Of a DNA stretch of 64,000 bases, positions 48,151 to 58,713 are shown one piece after another (within the stretch, counting starts at the first letter, position 1; every line of letters starts with the position of its first letter). The notes below the pieces were generated by a model, which did no database searches, was not told the origin of the DNA, and saw only the letters and a list, made by a program, of their open reading frames with translations. A program made the position numbers and the translations under genes. This stretch comes from Pseudomonadota bacterium (GTDB lineage: Bacteria > Pseudomonadota > Gammaproteobacteria > Magnimaribacterales > D2472), in the NCBI GenBank assembly GCA_028404565.1, contig JAOOBR010000003.1:2260-66259 (forward strand), given 5' to 3'.

Positions 48151-49070
48151 AAATTTTCTCTTGCTCTTGGGTTTAATAGAAGAACAGCTAAATCAGATAA
48201 TAAGTTAAAAAATATTATCATCGCTGAGAAGAAAATTGTTGTTCCAAGAATCATTGTATAGTCTCTGTTGAAAGCAGCTTCAACATAGAATCTTCCTAAT
48301 CCAGGTATTTGAAATATTGTTTCTACAACAAACGAGCCGCCAAGCAATCCCGCAATTGCAGGACCCATGAATGAAACAACTGGCAATAATCCTCCTTGCA
48401 TAGCATGCCTCGTAACAATACTAAATTCACTCAGGCCTTTTGCTCTTGCAGTTCTAATGAAATCTTGGCCTAGGACCTCTAACATACCTCCTCGACTCAA
48501 CCTAGCAATATATGCAGCGTACGCAAAGCCTAAGGTTATTGAGGGTAAGAGTTTATCTCCTGACAAGGTATCCCAACCAGAAACAGGTAGTACTTCAAGA
48601 TTAATACCAAAAACTAAAACTAGTATTGGGCCCATTAAAAATGTGGGGACACATATTCCTAGCATCGCAATTGCCATTGGGAAGTAATCTAAAAAAGTAT
48701 TTCTTTTTAGAGCAGCTAGAACACCAGAAAATATACCAAGTGCAACTGCAATCATTAAGGCATAGAATGCCAGCTCGAAGGTTATGGGAAGCCCTGTGTA
48801 TATCATTTCAGATACAGATCTTCCAGGATATCTAAAAGAAGGACCAAAATCTCCAACAACGACTCCTGACATATAATCAAAGTATTGTTCGTGTAGAGGT
48901 GCATCGAGGTTATAAGCTGCATTTAAGTTCTTCATTACTTGAGGTGAAACAACTTTATCGGCATCGAAAGGCCCACCCGGAGCCAATCTAATAAAAAAGA
49001 ATGTAAGGCTAGCAACTACAATTAAAACAGGAATTGCTATTAATACCCTTCTTATTAAAACATTAAGCAT
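48147..49070 (-). CDS. Peptide ABC transporter permease (OppB/DppB-like)
   Basis: N-terminus MLNVLIRRVLIAIPVL and EAA loop FIRTARAKGLSEFSIVTRHAMQ. There is an ATGA-type overlap with the next permease. Confidence 0.85.
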   Translation of the reverse strand: MLNVLIRRVLIAIPVLIVVASLTFFFIRLAPGGPFDADKVVSPQVMKNLNAAYNLDAPLHEQYFDYMSGVVVGDFGPSFRYPGRSVSEMIYTGLPITFELAFYALMIAVALGIFSGVLAALKRNTFLDYFPMAIAMLGICVPTFLMGPILVLVFGINLEVLPVSGWDTLSGDKLLPSITLGFAYAAYIARLSRGGMLEVLGQDFIRTARAKGLSEFSIVTRHAMQGGLLPVVSFMGPAIAGLLGGSFVVETIFQIPGLGRFYVEAAFNRDYTMILGTTIFFSAMIIFFNLLSDLAVLLLNPRARENL

Positions 49071-49077
49071 TAATTTT

Positions 49078-50682
49078 TTAGTCTCGCTCTAGATAAAGTG
49101 TTTTCGGGTGATGATGATCTAGATAATTTGGATAGTATCCTTTTACATCAGGAGAAAGCTGATATGAACGAACATAAGTATAAACAGGAATTATTGGCAA
49201 TTCATCAATAAGTATTTTTTCTGCCTCACCTAGAAGCCTATATCTCTCCTCTTGGTCTGTAGTTGCATTAGCTTTTCCAACTAACTCATCAAACTCTTGG
49301 TTGCTCCACCCAGTTCTATTATTTCCTCTACCTGTTCTCATAATATCTAAGAAGGTATTTGGATCCTCATAATCACCAATCCATCCAGCTCTTGAAATTT
49401 GATAATCCATTGCGTTTTGTCTGCTCAAATAAACTTTCCAATCCATATTCTCTAGCTCTACACTAATCCCCAAGTTTTGCTGCCACATTTGCTGGATTGT
49501 TAAAGCTATTTTTCTATGATCTTCAGATGTGTTGTAGAGGATTTGAAGAACTGGAAAATCTTCTGTACTTTCAAAGCCGGCCTCTGCAAGAAGTTGTCGA
49601 GCAAGCTCAGGGTCATATGGGATTTCAGTATCTGGATTGTATCCAGCTGCTCCTGGAGGCGTAAAAGAGTATGCAGGGATTTGTCCACACTGGGTGACTT
49701 TTTCAGTAAGTTTTTCTCTATCAATTGCATAAGTTAAAGCTTTTCTTACTTTGACATTATCAAGCGGCTTAACATTCACATTAGCTCGGTAATAATAAGT
49801 TCCCATATATGGATCAATTCTAAGATTAGGATTACCTTCTTCTCTCCAAACACCGCACTTCTGAGAAGGAACGGTTGATGTTAAATGAAGTTGTCCGGCT
49901 CTAAACATTCTTTCTTCAGTATTGATATCTGAAACAGGATAAAAATGCATCTGATTTAGCTTTACCTTATCAGCATCCCAATATAGAGGATTCTTTTCAA
50001 CAATAATTTTTTTATTTAACTCCCATGACTTAAGATTCATTGGTCCATTACAAACAAAGTTACCTGGTCTAGTCCATAAACCTTGCCTGTCATCAATTTC
50101 ACCAAACTCCAAGACCGTCTCCTTGTGAACTGGCCATGTTGAATAGTGACTGAGAAGCCCAAGAAAAAATGGGGTCGGATTATTTAATTTCACCTCAAGG
50201 GTTTTATCATCTATAGCTTTTACTCCAACCTCAGAAAAATCTGTAATTACACCTGTATTGAAGTCCTCAGCACCTTCCACATAGTAAAGCATATCTGGAT
50301 ATTGAGAACCAAGGCTGGGAGTAAGAACTCTCATCCATGACCAAACCATGTCATCTGCAACAAAGTCATCACCATTCGACCATTTAGCATCCTTCCTTAT
50401 ATTGAAAATATAGGTTTTACCATCCTCACTTATTTCCCAACTCTCTGCCATTCCAGGAAGATTTGCCCCACCCTCAGGATTTGAAATTGTTAGACCTTCA
50501 CACATTGTTATAAGAAGGTGATGCTCAGGCACTCCTGTGACAACATGCGGATCAAGACCTTGAGGTTCAGATCCATTACCAATATGCATTACTTGATCAA
50601 TTAACCCTTGATCAACCGGAGAAACTGATGAGCCGCAACCATATAAAATGGCAACCAAAAATATAGATGTTATTTTTTTCAT
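49078..50682 (-). CDS. Peptide ABC transporter substrate-binding lipoprotein (family 5, OppA/DppA-like)
   Basis: Lipobox AILYGCGS and SBP family 5 pattern (WSNGDDFVADD, AGW..DY.DP); 534 aa. Confidence 0.85.
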   Translation of the reverse strand: MKKITSIFLVAILYGCGSSVSPVDQGLIDQVMHIGNGSEPQGLDPHVVTGVPEHHLLITMCEGLTISNPEGGANLPGMAESWEISEDGKTYIFNIRKDAKWSNGDDFVADDMVWSWMRVLTPSLGSQYPDMLYYVEGAEDFNTGVITDFSEVGVKAIDDKTLEVKLNNPTPFFLGLLSHYSTWPVHKETVLEFGEIDDRQGLWTRPGNFVCNGPMNLKSWELNKKIIVEKNPLYWDADKVKLNQMHFYPVSDINTEERMFRAGQLHLTSTVPSQKCGVWREEGNPNLRIDPYMGTYYYRANVNVKPLDNVKVRKALTYAIDREKLTEKVTQCGQIPAYSFTPPGAAGYNPDTEIPYDPELARQLLAEAGFESTEDFPVLQILYNTSEDHRKIALTIQQMWQQNLGISVELENMDWKVYLSRQNAMDYQISRAGWIGDYEDPNTFLDIMRTGRGNNRTGWSNQEFDELVGKANATTDQEERYRLLGEAEKILIDELPIIPVYTYVRSYQLSPDVKGYYPNYLDHHHPKTLYLERD

Positions 50683-50688
50683 ATTTAT

Positions 50689-52539
50689 TTAAATGTTTAA
50701 GTTTTTAATATTATCTCTTATTTCCTTATTTATCTCTTTTTCAAGAATTAAATTAAGTTTTACAAGCGATGTACTTGAAGAAAAGTCCTCATATTCAGAC
50801 ATTATTGTATTAATAAAATCTTCAGACGGTTCACTTATTTTTTTCACTTTAAAAATGTATATATCTGAATTGAAAGTTTTCTGAGTATTTACAGAGTTAA
50901 CTTTAGACGAAAAAATATTATTGAGAACATCCGGTGGGAAAAGTGTTGATCCTCTTTTTACTGAAATGAAGCTATCTTTGAGAACACTGTTGTTTTCTAA
51001 AACATATGATTCATCATCCATTGCAATAATAAGACTTCTCTCAAGATCCATGATTTCAATATTAGCTTGATCCTCTCTCAGACGATCAAACACCTCATCT
51101 GTTACGTTATCAAAAGGAAGCACTGAAGGCTCTATAACCTCAGATACAGATGCAACTATTACTTCATTATCAAGCTCAAGTATTTCCGCAAAGTCGCTTG
51201 AAAAATCAATGCCATATAGAAAATCTTTGACCCTAATACTGTCGTAATTACTGAAATCATTATATCCAGTCGGATTAGTAACTATGATCTCTTGATTTAC
51301 AGCATTTGCGATTGCTTCAACAGACGAACCATTCAATAAAAGATCTTCTATTTCATCTCTTAGATCCAGCATTAAAGCATATGATTCAGCCTCAATTAGC
51401 TCATCAATAAATTGGCCTCCCATGATCTCTTTTGTCTTTGGAGTTTCTTTATTTTCTTCAGTGAATTTGATGATATGAAATGACTCATCAAGCTCAATTA
51501 TCTCTGAGGTTTCATTAACAACCATTGAGTCTAAAGCTTCTTCAAATTCAGGAGGAAAACTATCACCACTTGAAAATCCTAAATCTCCTTCAAAATCGGC
51601 GGAAATTAAGTCTTCGCTAAATTGAGATGCAGCTTCTTCAAATGTTAAGTCAATTCCTAGCTTGCTTTGAATTGATATAAGAGCTTCAAATGCGTCTTCT
51701 CTAGAATCATAATTTAAGACATCTATCATTATATGAGAGACTCTTCTTTCAGCAGTAGCATTTATTCTATTAAGATAGTCCTGATATTCAGCATCTATAA
51801 AACCATCTGGAACCTCAACAGAATCTCTAAATTGATCTTGATTTACAGATAATATATTAAATGATCTCTTTTCCTCATCCATGAAAAGCAATTTATTTTC
51901 TTCATAAAAATTGACTGCGCTCTCTAGTGTTGGATTTATGTTGCTCTTCAATGAATTAAAATCTATTTTAAAGAAATCAATATCCCTTTCTTGCTCGATT
52001 AGCTTTATCTGTTTTTTTAATTCAGATTCAATTTGGAAACTTGAATCAGATACCGCTGATAAAAAATCATTCACAAGTGAAGTATTTTGAACATTCTCAA
52101 TATATTCATTTGGAAGTATGCCGTTAGCTCTTATAGTTGCTTCAAAAATATCTTGATTAAACCTTCCATCTGTCTGGAAGGATGGTTCAGACATTATTAG
52201 TCTTTTAGCCTCTTCTTCAGAGTTAACTAGTTCCATCTGTTGCGCTTGATAGAGAAGAGACTTTTGGCTAATAATCTCATTTCTTACTAGACTATTTAAT
52301 AGCCCCTCTTCTAATGTATCAACATTGAATTCTTCACCATAGATTTGCTGTAATCTAGAGGTAACCGTGTTTATAGCGATATTTACATCAAGAGCTGAAA
52401 CTGTAAGTCCATTAACTTTTCCATAATTTGTAAAAACAGTGCCAAATGAGCTTGAGCCAAAAAAGACAAAGGGTATAGCAAGAAGAATGCCAATAATAGC
52501 AAGTCTTCTTCCTGATAAAAATGATCTTAGTGCATCCAT
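50689..52539 (-). CDS. ppiD: Periplasmic chaperone / peptidyl-prolyl isomerase PpiD
   Basis: N-terminal TM anchor and SurA-like N-domain, with a central parvulin-like segment (VSHIMI...GDLGF). It occupies the conserved position after hupB. Confidence 0.8.
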   Translation of the reverse strand: MDALRSFLSGRRLAIIGILLAIPFVFFGSSSFGTVFTNYGKVNGLTVSALDVNIAINTVTSRLQQIYGEEFNVDTLEEGLLNSLVRNEIISQKSLLYQAQQMELVNSEEEAKRLIMSEPSFQTDGRFNQDIFEATIRANGILPNEYIENVQNTSLVNDFLSAVSDSSFQIESELKKQIKLIEQERDIDFFKIDFNSLKSNINPTLESAVNFYEENKLLFMDEEKRSFNILSVNQDQFRDSVEVPDGFIDAEYQDYLNRINATAERRVSHIMIDVLNYDSREDAFEALISIQSKLGIDLTFEEAASQFSEDLISADFEGDLGFSSGDSFPPEFEEALDSMVVNETSEIIELDESFHIIKFTEENKETPKTKEIMGGQFIDELIEAESYALMLDLRDEIEDLLLNGSSVEAIANAVNQEIIVTNPTGYNDFSNYDSIRVKDFLYGIDFSSDFAEILELDNEVIVASVSEVIEPSVLPFDNVTDEVFDRLREDQANIEIMDLERSLIIAMDDESYVLENNSVLKDSFISVKRGSTLFPPDVLNNIFSSKVNSVNTQKTFNSDIYIFKVKKISEPSEDFINTIMSEYEDFSSSTSLVKLNLILEKEINKEIRDNIKNLNI

Positions 52540-52555
52540 AAACGTGGTTATTATA

Positions 52556-52584
52556 ATAAAAAAAAGGGTGCATAATAAGCACCC
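52556..52584 (-). terminator. Rho-independent terminator after hupB
   Basis: GGGTGC/GCACCC stem (52566-52571 and 52579-52584) with a 7-nt loop. An 8-T run follows on the minus strand (A-run 52558-52565 on plus). Confidence 0.85.
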
Positions 52585-52605
52585 TTATTGATTTTTAAAG
52601 ACTTA

Positions 52606-52884
52606 TTAGCCGTGCTTGACTTTGTCCTTAAGAGCTTTACCAGCTTTGAAACCAGGAACTTTTGATGCAGCAATCTGCATTGTAGCTCCAGTTTGAGGGT
52701 TTCTACCCATTCTAGCTGCTCTGTGTCTTACTGAAAATGTTCCAAATCCAACTAAAGAAACAGAATCACCGTTTCCAAGTGCATCTCCAACTGAACCAAG
52801 AACTGCATCTACCGCTCTCCCTGCTTCTGCTTTTGACATATCTGCTCTTCCAGCAACTGCATCTACTAAATCTGATTTATTCAT
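52606..52884 (-). CDS. hupB: DNA-binding protein HU-beta
   Basis: 92 aa. [11 protein letters not shown]...[21 protein letters not shown] is the canonical HU signature. Confidence 0.92.
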   Translation of the reverse strand: MNKSDLVDAVAGRADMSKAEAGRAVDAVLGSVGDALGNGDSVSLVGFGTFSVRHRAARMGRNPQTGATMQIAASKVPGFKAGKALKDKVKHG

Positions 52885-52978
52885 TTGATCTCCTCTAAAT
52901 TGAAAAATTTACTCTTCTATGAAATGCCAGAAACCCTAAAAAGTCAAGTATTTAAAGGGTTTTTTTAGTAATTGAGGA

Positions 52979-55366
52979 TTAGTGTTTGCTAACAGTTTTT
53001 GTCGATTTTTTTGATTTAGATTTAAAGCTTGAAGATTTGTTAATTGCTTTTGGCTGCGACTCAAGTGAATGCAATATTACTTCATCGATCCATTCGACAG
53101 GAATTATTTCAAGTTTGTCAGTTATTACGTCAGGAATTTCTTTTAAATCCGCTTTGTTGTCTAAAGGTATGATAACTTTTTTTATGCCGCCACGCTTCGC
53201 TGCAAGTAATTTTTCTTTTAAACCGCCAATTTTCAAGACTTGACCTCTCAAAGTTATTTCACCAGTCATGGCGACATCTGATCTTACCGGAATTTCTGTA
53301 AAAGCAGATATCAGTGCAGTTGTCATACCAACTCCAGCACTAGGTCCATCTTTTGGAGTAGCGCCCTCAGGAACATGTATATGTGTATCGAACTTTTCAT
53401 AAAAGTCTTTCTTGATACCCAGCGAGTCTGATCTTGATCTTACGACTGTTAAAGCAGCTTGGATTGATTCCTGCATTACTTCGCCTAGTGAGCCAGTTTT
53501 AATTGTTTTACCTTTACCAGATACTTTTGATGCTTCAATGGTAAGAAGTTCGCCACCAACCTCAGTCCAAGCTAGTCCACAAACTTGTCCAATAGTATTT
53601 GAAGAATCAGCCTCGCCAAACTTGAATTTTCTGACTCCAGAATATTTTTCTAAGTTTTTAGAATCTATTTTTGTTGCTGTTTTCTTTTTAGATAGCAGTC
53701 TTTCTTTAACAACCTTTCTTAAAATCTTTGAGATTTGCCTTTCAAGGCCTCTGACACCAGCTTCTCGTGTGTAATACCTTATTAGATCTAAAAGGACATT
53801 TTTATTTAAATTCAATTCTTTATCTTCAAGCCCATTTCTTTCAAGCTGTTTAGGAAGAAGATAGTTCTTAGCAATTTGCAACTTTTCATCTTCAATGTAC
53901 CCAGGAATCCTAATGATTTCCATTCTATCTAAAAGTGGTCCAGGAATATTTAAACTATTAGCCGTACACACAAACATCACTTCTGATAGATCATAATCTA
54001 CTTCGAGATAATGATCGCTGAATGATGTATTCTGCTCGGGATCTAAAACCTCCAATAATGCAGAGGCTGGATCTCCTCTATGATCCATACCAATTTTATC
54101 TACTTCGTCCAATAAGAATAGAGGATTTTTAACACCAACTTTTGTTAGTTTCTGGATTATTTTTCCTGGCATAGAACCAATATATGTTCTTCTATGGCCT
54201 CTTATTTCAGCTTCATCTCTTACACCACCAAGAGACATTCTTATAAACTTCCTATTAGTAGCTCTTGCTATAGACTCTCCAAGAGATGTTTTACCTACGC
54301 CAGGAGGTCCTACAAGGCATAAAACTGGGGCTTTAAGATTTTTCACTCTTTTTTGAACTGCAAGGTACTCTAAAATTCTATCCTTTACCTCTTCAAGACC
54401 GTAATGATCATCATTAAGGGTTTCTAAAGCAGCCTTGATATCTGATTTAACTTTTCCTCTTTTTTTCCATGGAACGTCAATTAAACACTCAAGATATGAG
54501 CGAACTACCGAAGCCTCGGCAGAAGTTGGAGACATCATTTTAAATTTTGAGAACTCACTCTTAGCTTTTTTCATTGCTTCTTTTGACATCCCAGAATCTT
54601 CAATTTTATTTTTTAATACTTCAAACTCATCTCCCTCTTCTCCCATCTCACCAAGCTCTTTTTGGGCAGCTTTAATCTTTTCATTTAAATAGTATTCTCT
54701 CTGAGATTTTTCCATCTGCTTCTTAACTCTTGACCTAATTCTCTTTTCAACGTCTATAACATCAAGTTGAGACTCTATAAATGTAAGAATACTTTCTGAT
54801 CTTTTTTGAAGATCAAAGATTTCTAAAATTTCTTGTTTCTGAGAAGTATCAATATTTAAGTGATTTACTATGTTATCAATGAGCTTTGAAAGATCGTCTA
54901 TGGCGTCAATTGTAGATAAAATCTCAGGGGGAATTTTTTTTGTAGATGAAACATAATCATTGAACTTTGTTTTGATAAATCTTACAAGATTCATTGAATC
55001 GGAAACTTTGATAATATCATCATCAATTTCTGTTACTGCTGCTTTAGTTAAACCTTTAGATTCAGAGATCTTATCGATTTTGCATCTCTTGGCCCCTTCA
55101 ACTAAAACTTTCATTGTGCCATCAGGCAGTTTAATGAGTTGGAGTAAGTTACTTACAGTTCCAAAGTGATATATATCTTTAAAAGTTGGGTCTTCATTTG
55201 AAGCATCTTTTTGAGCAACTAAAACAAGCTTCTTATCAGATGCCATGGCCGAATTTAAAGCTTCAATGGATTTTGATCTTCCAACAAATAATGTTGTAAC
55301 AATTCCAGGAAAGACAACAACATCTCTTAATGGAATTATTGGATAATCTTTTGTGACTTTAACCAT
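52979..55366 (-). CDS. lon: ATP-dependent Lon protease
   Basis: LON N-domain, Walker A GPPGVGKTS, catalytic Ser region PKDGPSAGV; 795 aa. Confidence 0.95.
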   Translation of the reverse strand: MVKVTKDYPIIPLRDVVVFPGIVTTLFVGRSKSIEALNSAMASDKKLVLVAQKDASNEDPTFKDIYHFGTVSNLLQLIKLPDGTMKVLVEGAKRCKIDKISESKGLTKAAVTEIDDDIIKVSDSMNLVRFIKTKFNDYVSSTKKIPPEILSTIDAIDDLSKLIDNIVNHLNIDTSQKQEILEIFDLQKRSESILTFIESQLDVIDVEKRIRSRVKKQMEKSQREYYLNEKIKAAQKELGEMGEEGDEFEVLKNKIEDSGMSKEAMKKAKSEFSKFKMMSPTSAEASVVRSYLECLIDVPWKKRGKVKSDIKAALETLNDDHYGLEEVKDRILEYLAVQKRVKNLKAPVLCLVGPPGVGKTSLGESIARATNRKFIRMSLGGVRDEAEIRGHRRTYIGSMPGKIIQKLTKVGVKNPLFLLDEVDKIGMDHRGDPASALLEVLDPEQNTSFSDHYLEVDYDLSEVMFVCTANSLNIPGPLLDRMEIIRIPGYIEDEKLQIAKNYLLPKQLERNGLEDKELNLNKNVLLDLIRYYTREAGVRGLERQISKILRKVVKERLLSKKKTATKIDSKNLEKYSGVRKFKFGEADSSNTIGQVCGLAWTEVGGELLTIEASKVSGKGKTIKTGSLGEVMQESIQAALTVVRSRSDSLGIKKDFYEKFDTHIHVPEGATPKDGPSAGVGMTTALISAFTEIPVRSDVAMTGEITLRGQVLKIGGLKEKLLAAKRGGIKKVIIPLDNKADLKEIPDVITDKLEIIPVEWIDEVILHSLESQPKAINKSSSFKSKSKKSTKTVSKH

Positions 55367-55400
55367 TATGTATATTTAAGGACTAATTAATAATTATCAA

Positions 55401-56651
55401 TTAGCTTGCAGAGGATTTCTTTTTTGGTGTTTTAAAAACTTTTATGGGCTCTGAGCCATTATCAGCAGAGTTCTCATCGATAATAACTTTTTCTAAGTCT
55501 TCGTTGGGTAACTCAAACATTACATCCATGAGAATATCTTCAAGTATAGACCTTAAGCCTCTAGCTCCAGTTTTTCTAGCAATAGCTCTTTTTGCAATAC
55601 TTTTTAGAGCTTCTTCTCTGAAGCTGAGATCTACTGAATCTATTTCAAATAAATATTTATATTGATTTACCAGCGCATTTTTAGGTTCTTGAAGAATTCT
55701 AACAAGGGCATCTTCATCTAATTCATGCAAGGTGCTAATAACGGGAAGTCTTCCTACAAATTCAGGAATTAATCCAAATTTTACTAAATCCTCAGGTTCA
55801 ACATTATCAATATTCATTTTAACTTCTTCTTTATCATTAGCAGCATTTACTTCAGCTGAAAATCCAATTCCAGTTTTATCAGTTCTATCCCTAATAACTT
55901 TATCAAGACCAGAAAAAGCTCCACCACAAATAAATAGAATGTTTGATGTATCAACTTGAATAAATTCTTGCTGCGGATGCTTTCTACCTCCTTGAGGTGG
56001 AATTGAAGCAATTGTTCCTTCAATGAGCTTTAAAAGAGCTTGCTGAACTCCTTCACCTGAAACATCTCTTGTGATGGAAGGATTATCAGTTTTACGAGCA
56101 ATCTTATCTATTTCATCGATGTAAACAATACCAAGCTGAGCTTTCTCAGGGTCATATTCACATTTTTGAAGAAGCTTTTGAATAATGTTTTCAACATCCT
56201 CGCCAACATAACCAGCCTCTGTTAGGGTTGTAGCATCAGCAATCGTAAAAGGTACATTTAATATTTTTGCAAGTGTTTGAGCTAAAAGAGTTTTTCCACT
56301 TCCTGTTGGTCCCAATAAAAGTACATTACTTTTTTGAAGTTCAACATCATCTGCTTTTGAATTTTTTAATCTTTTGTAATGGTTATAAACAGCAACTGAA
56401 AGAACTTTCTTTGCTTTATCCTGACCGATGACATAATCATCAAGTTTTTGATATATCTCTAATGGTGATAAAAGAGTATGCTCACTATCTGATTCCTCAT
56501 GCTTTACTTCTTCTTCTATTATGTCATTACATAAATCAACACATTCGTTACAAATGTAGACACTAGGACCAGCAATTAGCTTTTTTACTTCATCTTGATT
56601 CTTTCCGCAAAAGGAACAATGAAGTTTTTTTTGTTCTTTAGTATCTGTCAT
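55401..56651 (-). CDS. clpX: ATP-dependent Clp protease ATP-binding subunit ClpX
   Basis: C4 zinc finger CSFCGK...CNEC, Walker A GPTGSGKT, and IGF-type loop region. Confidence 0.95.
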   Translation of the reverse strand: MTDTKEQKKLHCSFCGKNQDEVKKLIAGPSVYICNECVDLCNDIIEEEVKHEESDSEHTLLSPLEIYQKLDDYVIGQDKAKKVLSVAVYNHYKRLKNSKADDVELQKSNVLLLGPTGSGKTLLAQTLAKILNVPFTIADATTLTEAGYVGEDVENIIQKLLQKCEYDPEKAQLGIVYIDEIDKIARKTDNPSITRDVSGEGVQQALLKLIEGTIASIPPQGGRKHPQQEFIQVDTSNILFICGGAFSGLDKVIRDRTDKTGIGFSAEVNAANDKEEVKMNIDNVEPEDLVKFGLIPEFVGRLPVISTLHELDEDALVRILQEPKNALVNQYKYLFEIDSVDLSFREEALKSIAKRAIARKTGARGLRSILEDILMDVMFELPNEDLEKVIIDENSADNGSEPIKVFKTPKKKSSAS

Positions 56652-57250
56652 TAGCTTCTTTCTTCTAATATATCGTCAATGATTCCATATTTTTTTGCTT
56701 CCTCAGCATTAAGGAAGTTGTCTCTGTCAGTGTCTTTTTCAACTGTCTTTAAATTCTTTCCGGTATGCTTTGATAATATTTCGTTAACTTTTTTCTTCAT
56801 TAGTAATATCTCTTGAGCATGAATCTCAATATCTGAAGCTTGACCTTGAAAACCTCCGAGTGGCTGATGGATCATTATTCTTGAATTAGGTAAAGCAAAT
56901 CGCTTCCCCTTTTCACCACCAGCAAGAAGTAATGCTCCCATAGAGGCAGCTTGACCAATACATAAAGTAGATATAGATGGAGATACAAACTGCATCGTGT
57001 CATAAATTGCTAAACCAGATGATATGACGCCGCCTGGTGAGTTAATGTAAATGCTGATGTCTTTCTTAGGATTTTCTGATTCTAGAAATAATAATTGAGC
57101 AACCACAAGGTTTGAGACTTGATCATTTATGGGTCCGGTTAGGAAAATAACTCGCTCTTTTAATAGTCTTGAATATATATCAAAAGCGCGTTCACCTCTG
57201 GCAGTTTGCTCAACTACCATAGGTATTAAGGTTGAATTATGTTCTTCCAT
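56651..57250 (-). CDS. clpP: ATP-dependent Clp protease proteolytic subunit
   Basis: Catalytic Ser GQAASMGA and His MIHQP; 199 aa. It has 1-nt overlaps with both the tig stop and the clpX start. Confidence 0.95.
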   Translation of the reverse strand: MEEHNSTLIPMVVEQTARGERAFDIYSRLLKERVIFLTGPINDQVSNLVVAQLLFLESENPKKDISIYINSPGGVISSGLAIYDTMQFVSPSISTLCIGQAASMGALLLAGGEKGKRFALPNSRIMIHQPLGGFQGQASDIEIHAQEILLMKKKVNEILSKHTGKNLKTVEKDTDRDNFLNAEEAKKYGIIDDILEERS

Positions 57251-58551
57251 TAGTATTTCGATAAATCCTTAAAATTAATAACCTTATCTTTTGATTTAAG
57301 ATCATTATCTAATTTTTCAACCAACTGATTCTCAAGAACTATCATTCTATATTGATCCAACTGATTAGGTTGATTATATACCCAAGTCTCAAATTGTTTG
57401 GGATCTTTATATCTTTTTGCTTCTTCCTCTATAAATTCTTTAAGGTCATCTTGATTCACTTTTAAATCATAGTGATTTAATAAAGCAGTAAATAAAAGAT
57501 CCAGTTTTACTCTCTTTTCAGCATTTTCTTTAAAAGTATCAAGAGGAAAAAGGTCATTATCACTCTCCTCTTCAGGATTTCTTCCTATTCTAGAGAGTGC
57601 TTCTTTTCTCATTAGCTCTGATTGCTCTTTAATAGTGCATTGAGGTGCAGAAAATTTATTAATTTTTAAAAGAAGCTCATACATAGAATCTTTAGTTAGA
57701 GCTTTTTCTTGAGTTACAGACTCGTTCTCCATTCTCTTTTTAATCTCATCACGAAATTCTTTTTCGTTCTTAACTTCCATAGCAAGCTTCTCATAGAGAT
57801 CCTTATTTATTTTTGATGGGACGTTTTCTTGGACTTCTTTTAAATTTATTTTGAAGACTGCCTCTTTCCCTGCTAAATCCTTTTTAAAATAGTCATCAGG
57901 AAAGTTAGTCTTAATTTCAAAATCAGAATTAATCTTTTTATTGATTAATTGATCTTCAAAGCCTGGAATCATAGATTTAGAGCCAATAACTAATTTAAAG
58001 TCTTTGGCTGTATTTCCATCGAAGGGCTCACCTTCAATAGTGCCCTCAAAATCAATAATTACTTGGTCATTTTCAGCTGAATTTCTCTCAACTTTTTCCC
58101 AATCACCATACCTCTCTAAGATATCCTTGATAGCGTGATCGATATCTTCATCGAGAATATTAATTTTATGTTTTTCAAAAGTTTTCCAACTACTCACTTT
58201 TGGCTTAATGTCTGGAAAAACTTCAAATACAGCATTGTATTTAATGCCTTTATCAGGATTATCCTCGACCATTGAGATAGTTGGAGTATTCGCAGGCCTT
58301 ATCTTTTTTTCAGCAATTTCTTTTGGGTATGAATCTTGAATAAGATCATTTAAGACCTCTGCATGAACTGATCCTCCATATCTTTGCTCAATGACATCAT
58401 TAGGGACTTTGCCCTTTCTAAATCCATCAAGTTTTACATTTTTTTTAAGGTTTGAAATCTTTTCATTGAATTTTGATTGGTATAAATCTTTTTCAATAGA
58501 AACTGTAAGACTTCTTTCCAGGTCTTTAAGTTTTTTTATACTGCTTGTCAT
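57250..58551 (-). CDS. tig: Trigger factor
   Basis: The GFRKGKVP ribosome-binding signature is at the N-terminus, with a central FKBP-like domain; 433 aa. Its position upstream of clpP is conserved. Confidence 0.92.
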   Translation of the reverse strand: MTSSIKKLKDLERSLTVSIEKDLYQSKFNEKISNLKKNVKLDGFRKGKVPNDVIEQRYGGSVHAEVLNDLIQDSYPKEIAEKKIRPANTPTISMVEDNPDKGIKYNAVFEVFPDIKPKVSSWKTFEKHKINILDEDIDHAIKDILERYGDWEKVERNSAENDQVIIDFEGTIEGEPFDGNTAKDFKLVIGSKSMIPGFEDQLINKKINSDFEIKTNFPDDYFKKDLAGKEAVFKINLKEVQENVPSKINKDLYEKLAMEVKNEKEFRDEIKKRMENESVTQEKALTKDSMYELLLKINKFSAPQCTIKEQSELMRKEALSRIGRNPEEESDNDLFPLDTFKENAEKRVKLDLLFTALLNHYDLKVNQDDLKEFIEEEAKRYKDPKQFETWVYNQPNQLDQYRMIVLENQLVEKLDNDLKSKDKVINFKDLSKY

Positions 58552-58568
58552 TTTTAATACCTAATTAA

Positions 58569-58646
58569 TGGGGCGAGCGATGGGGTTCGAACCCACGGCC
58601 TCCGGAGCCACAATCCAGCGCTCTAACCAACTGAGCTACGCCCGCC
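58569..58646 (-). tRNA. tRNA-His (anticodon GTG)
   Basis: The reverse complement GGCGGGCGTAGCTCAGTTGGTTAGAGCGCTGGATTGTGGCTCCGGAGGCCGTGGGTTCGAACCCCATCGCTCGCCCCA folds as a cloverleaf. It has the extra G-1 pairing with C73 (the His identity element), anticodon loop TTGTGGC, and an encoded CCA. Confidence 0.93.
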
Positions 58647-58713
58647 GCGAACTAAGTATTATAATGATACATTGATAAAAAAATAGTAAAATTTGTTTGG
58701 GAGGATAAATAAA

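Noticed and set aside
52931-52962. AAACCCT...AGGGTTT inverted repeat between lon and hupB as a lon terminator
   Set aside because: The 7-bp stem is AT-rich and the loop is about 18 nt. On the minus strand it is not followed by a T-run, so it is too weak to call.
58647-58713. Promoters for tRNA-His/tig (minus) and the dehydrogenase gene (plus) in the 67-nt divergent spacer
   Set aside because: A TATAAT/ATTATA element at 58658-58664 can be read on both strands, but I found no acceptable -35 at 16-18 nt on either side. I therefore did not report it as a feature.
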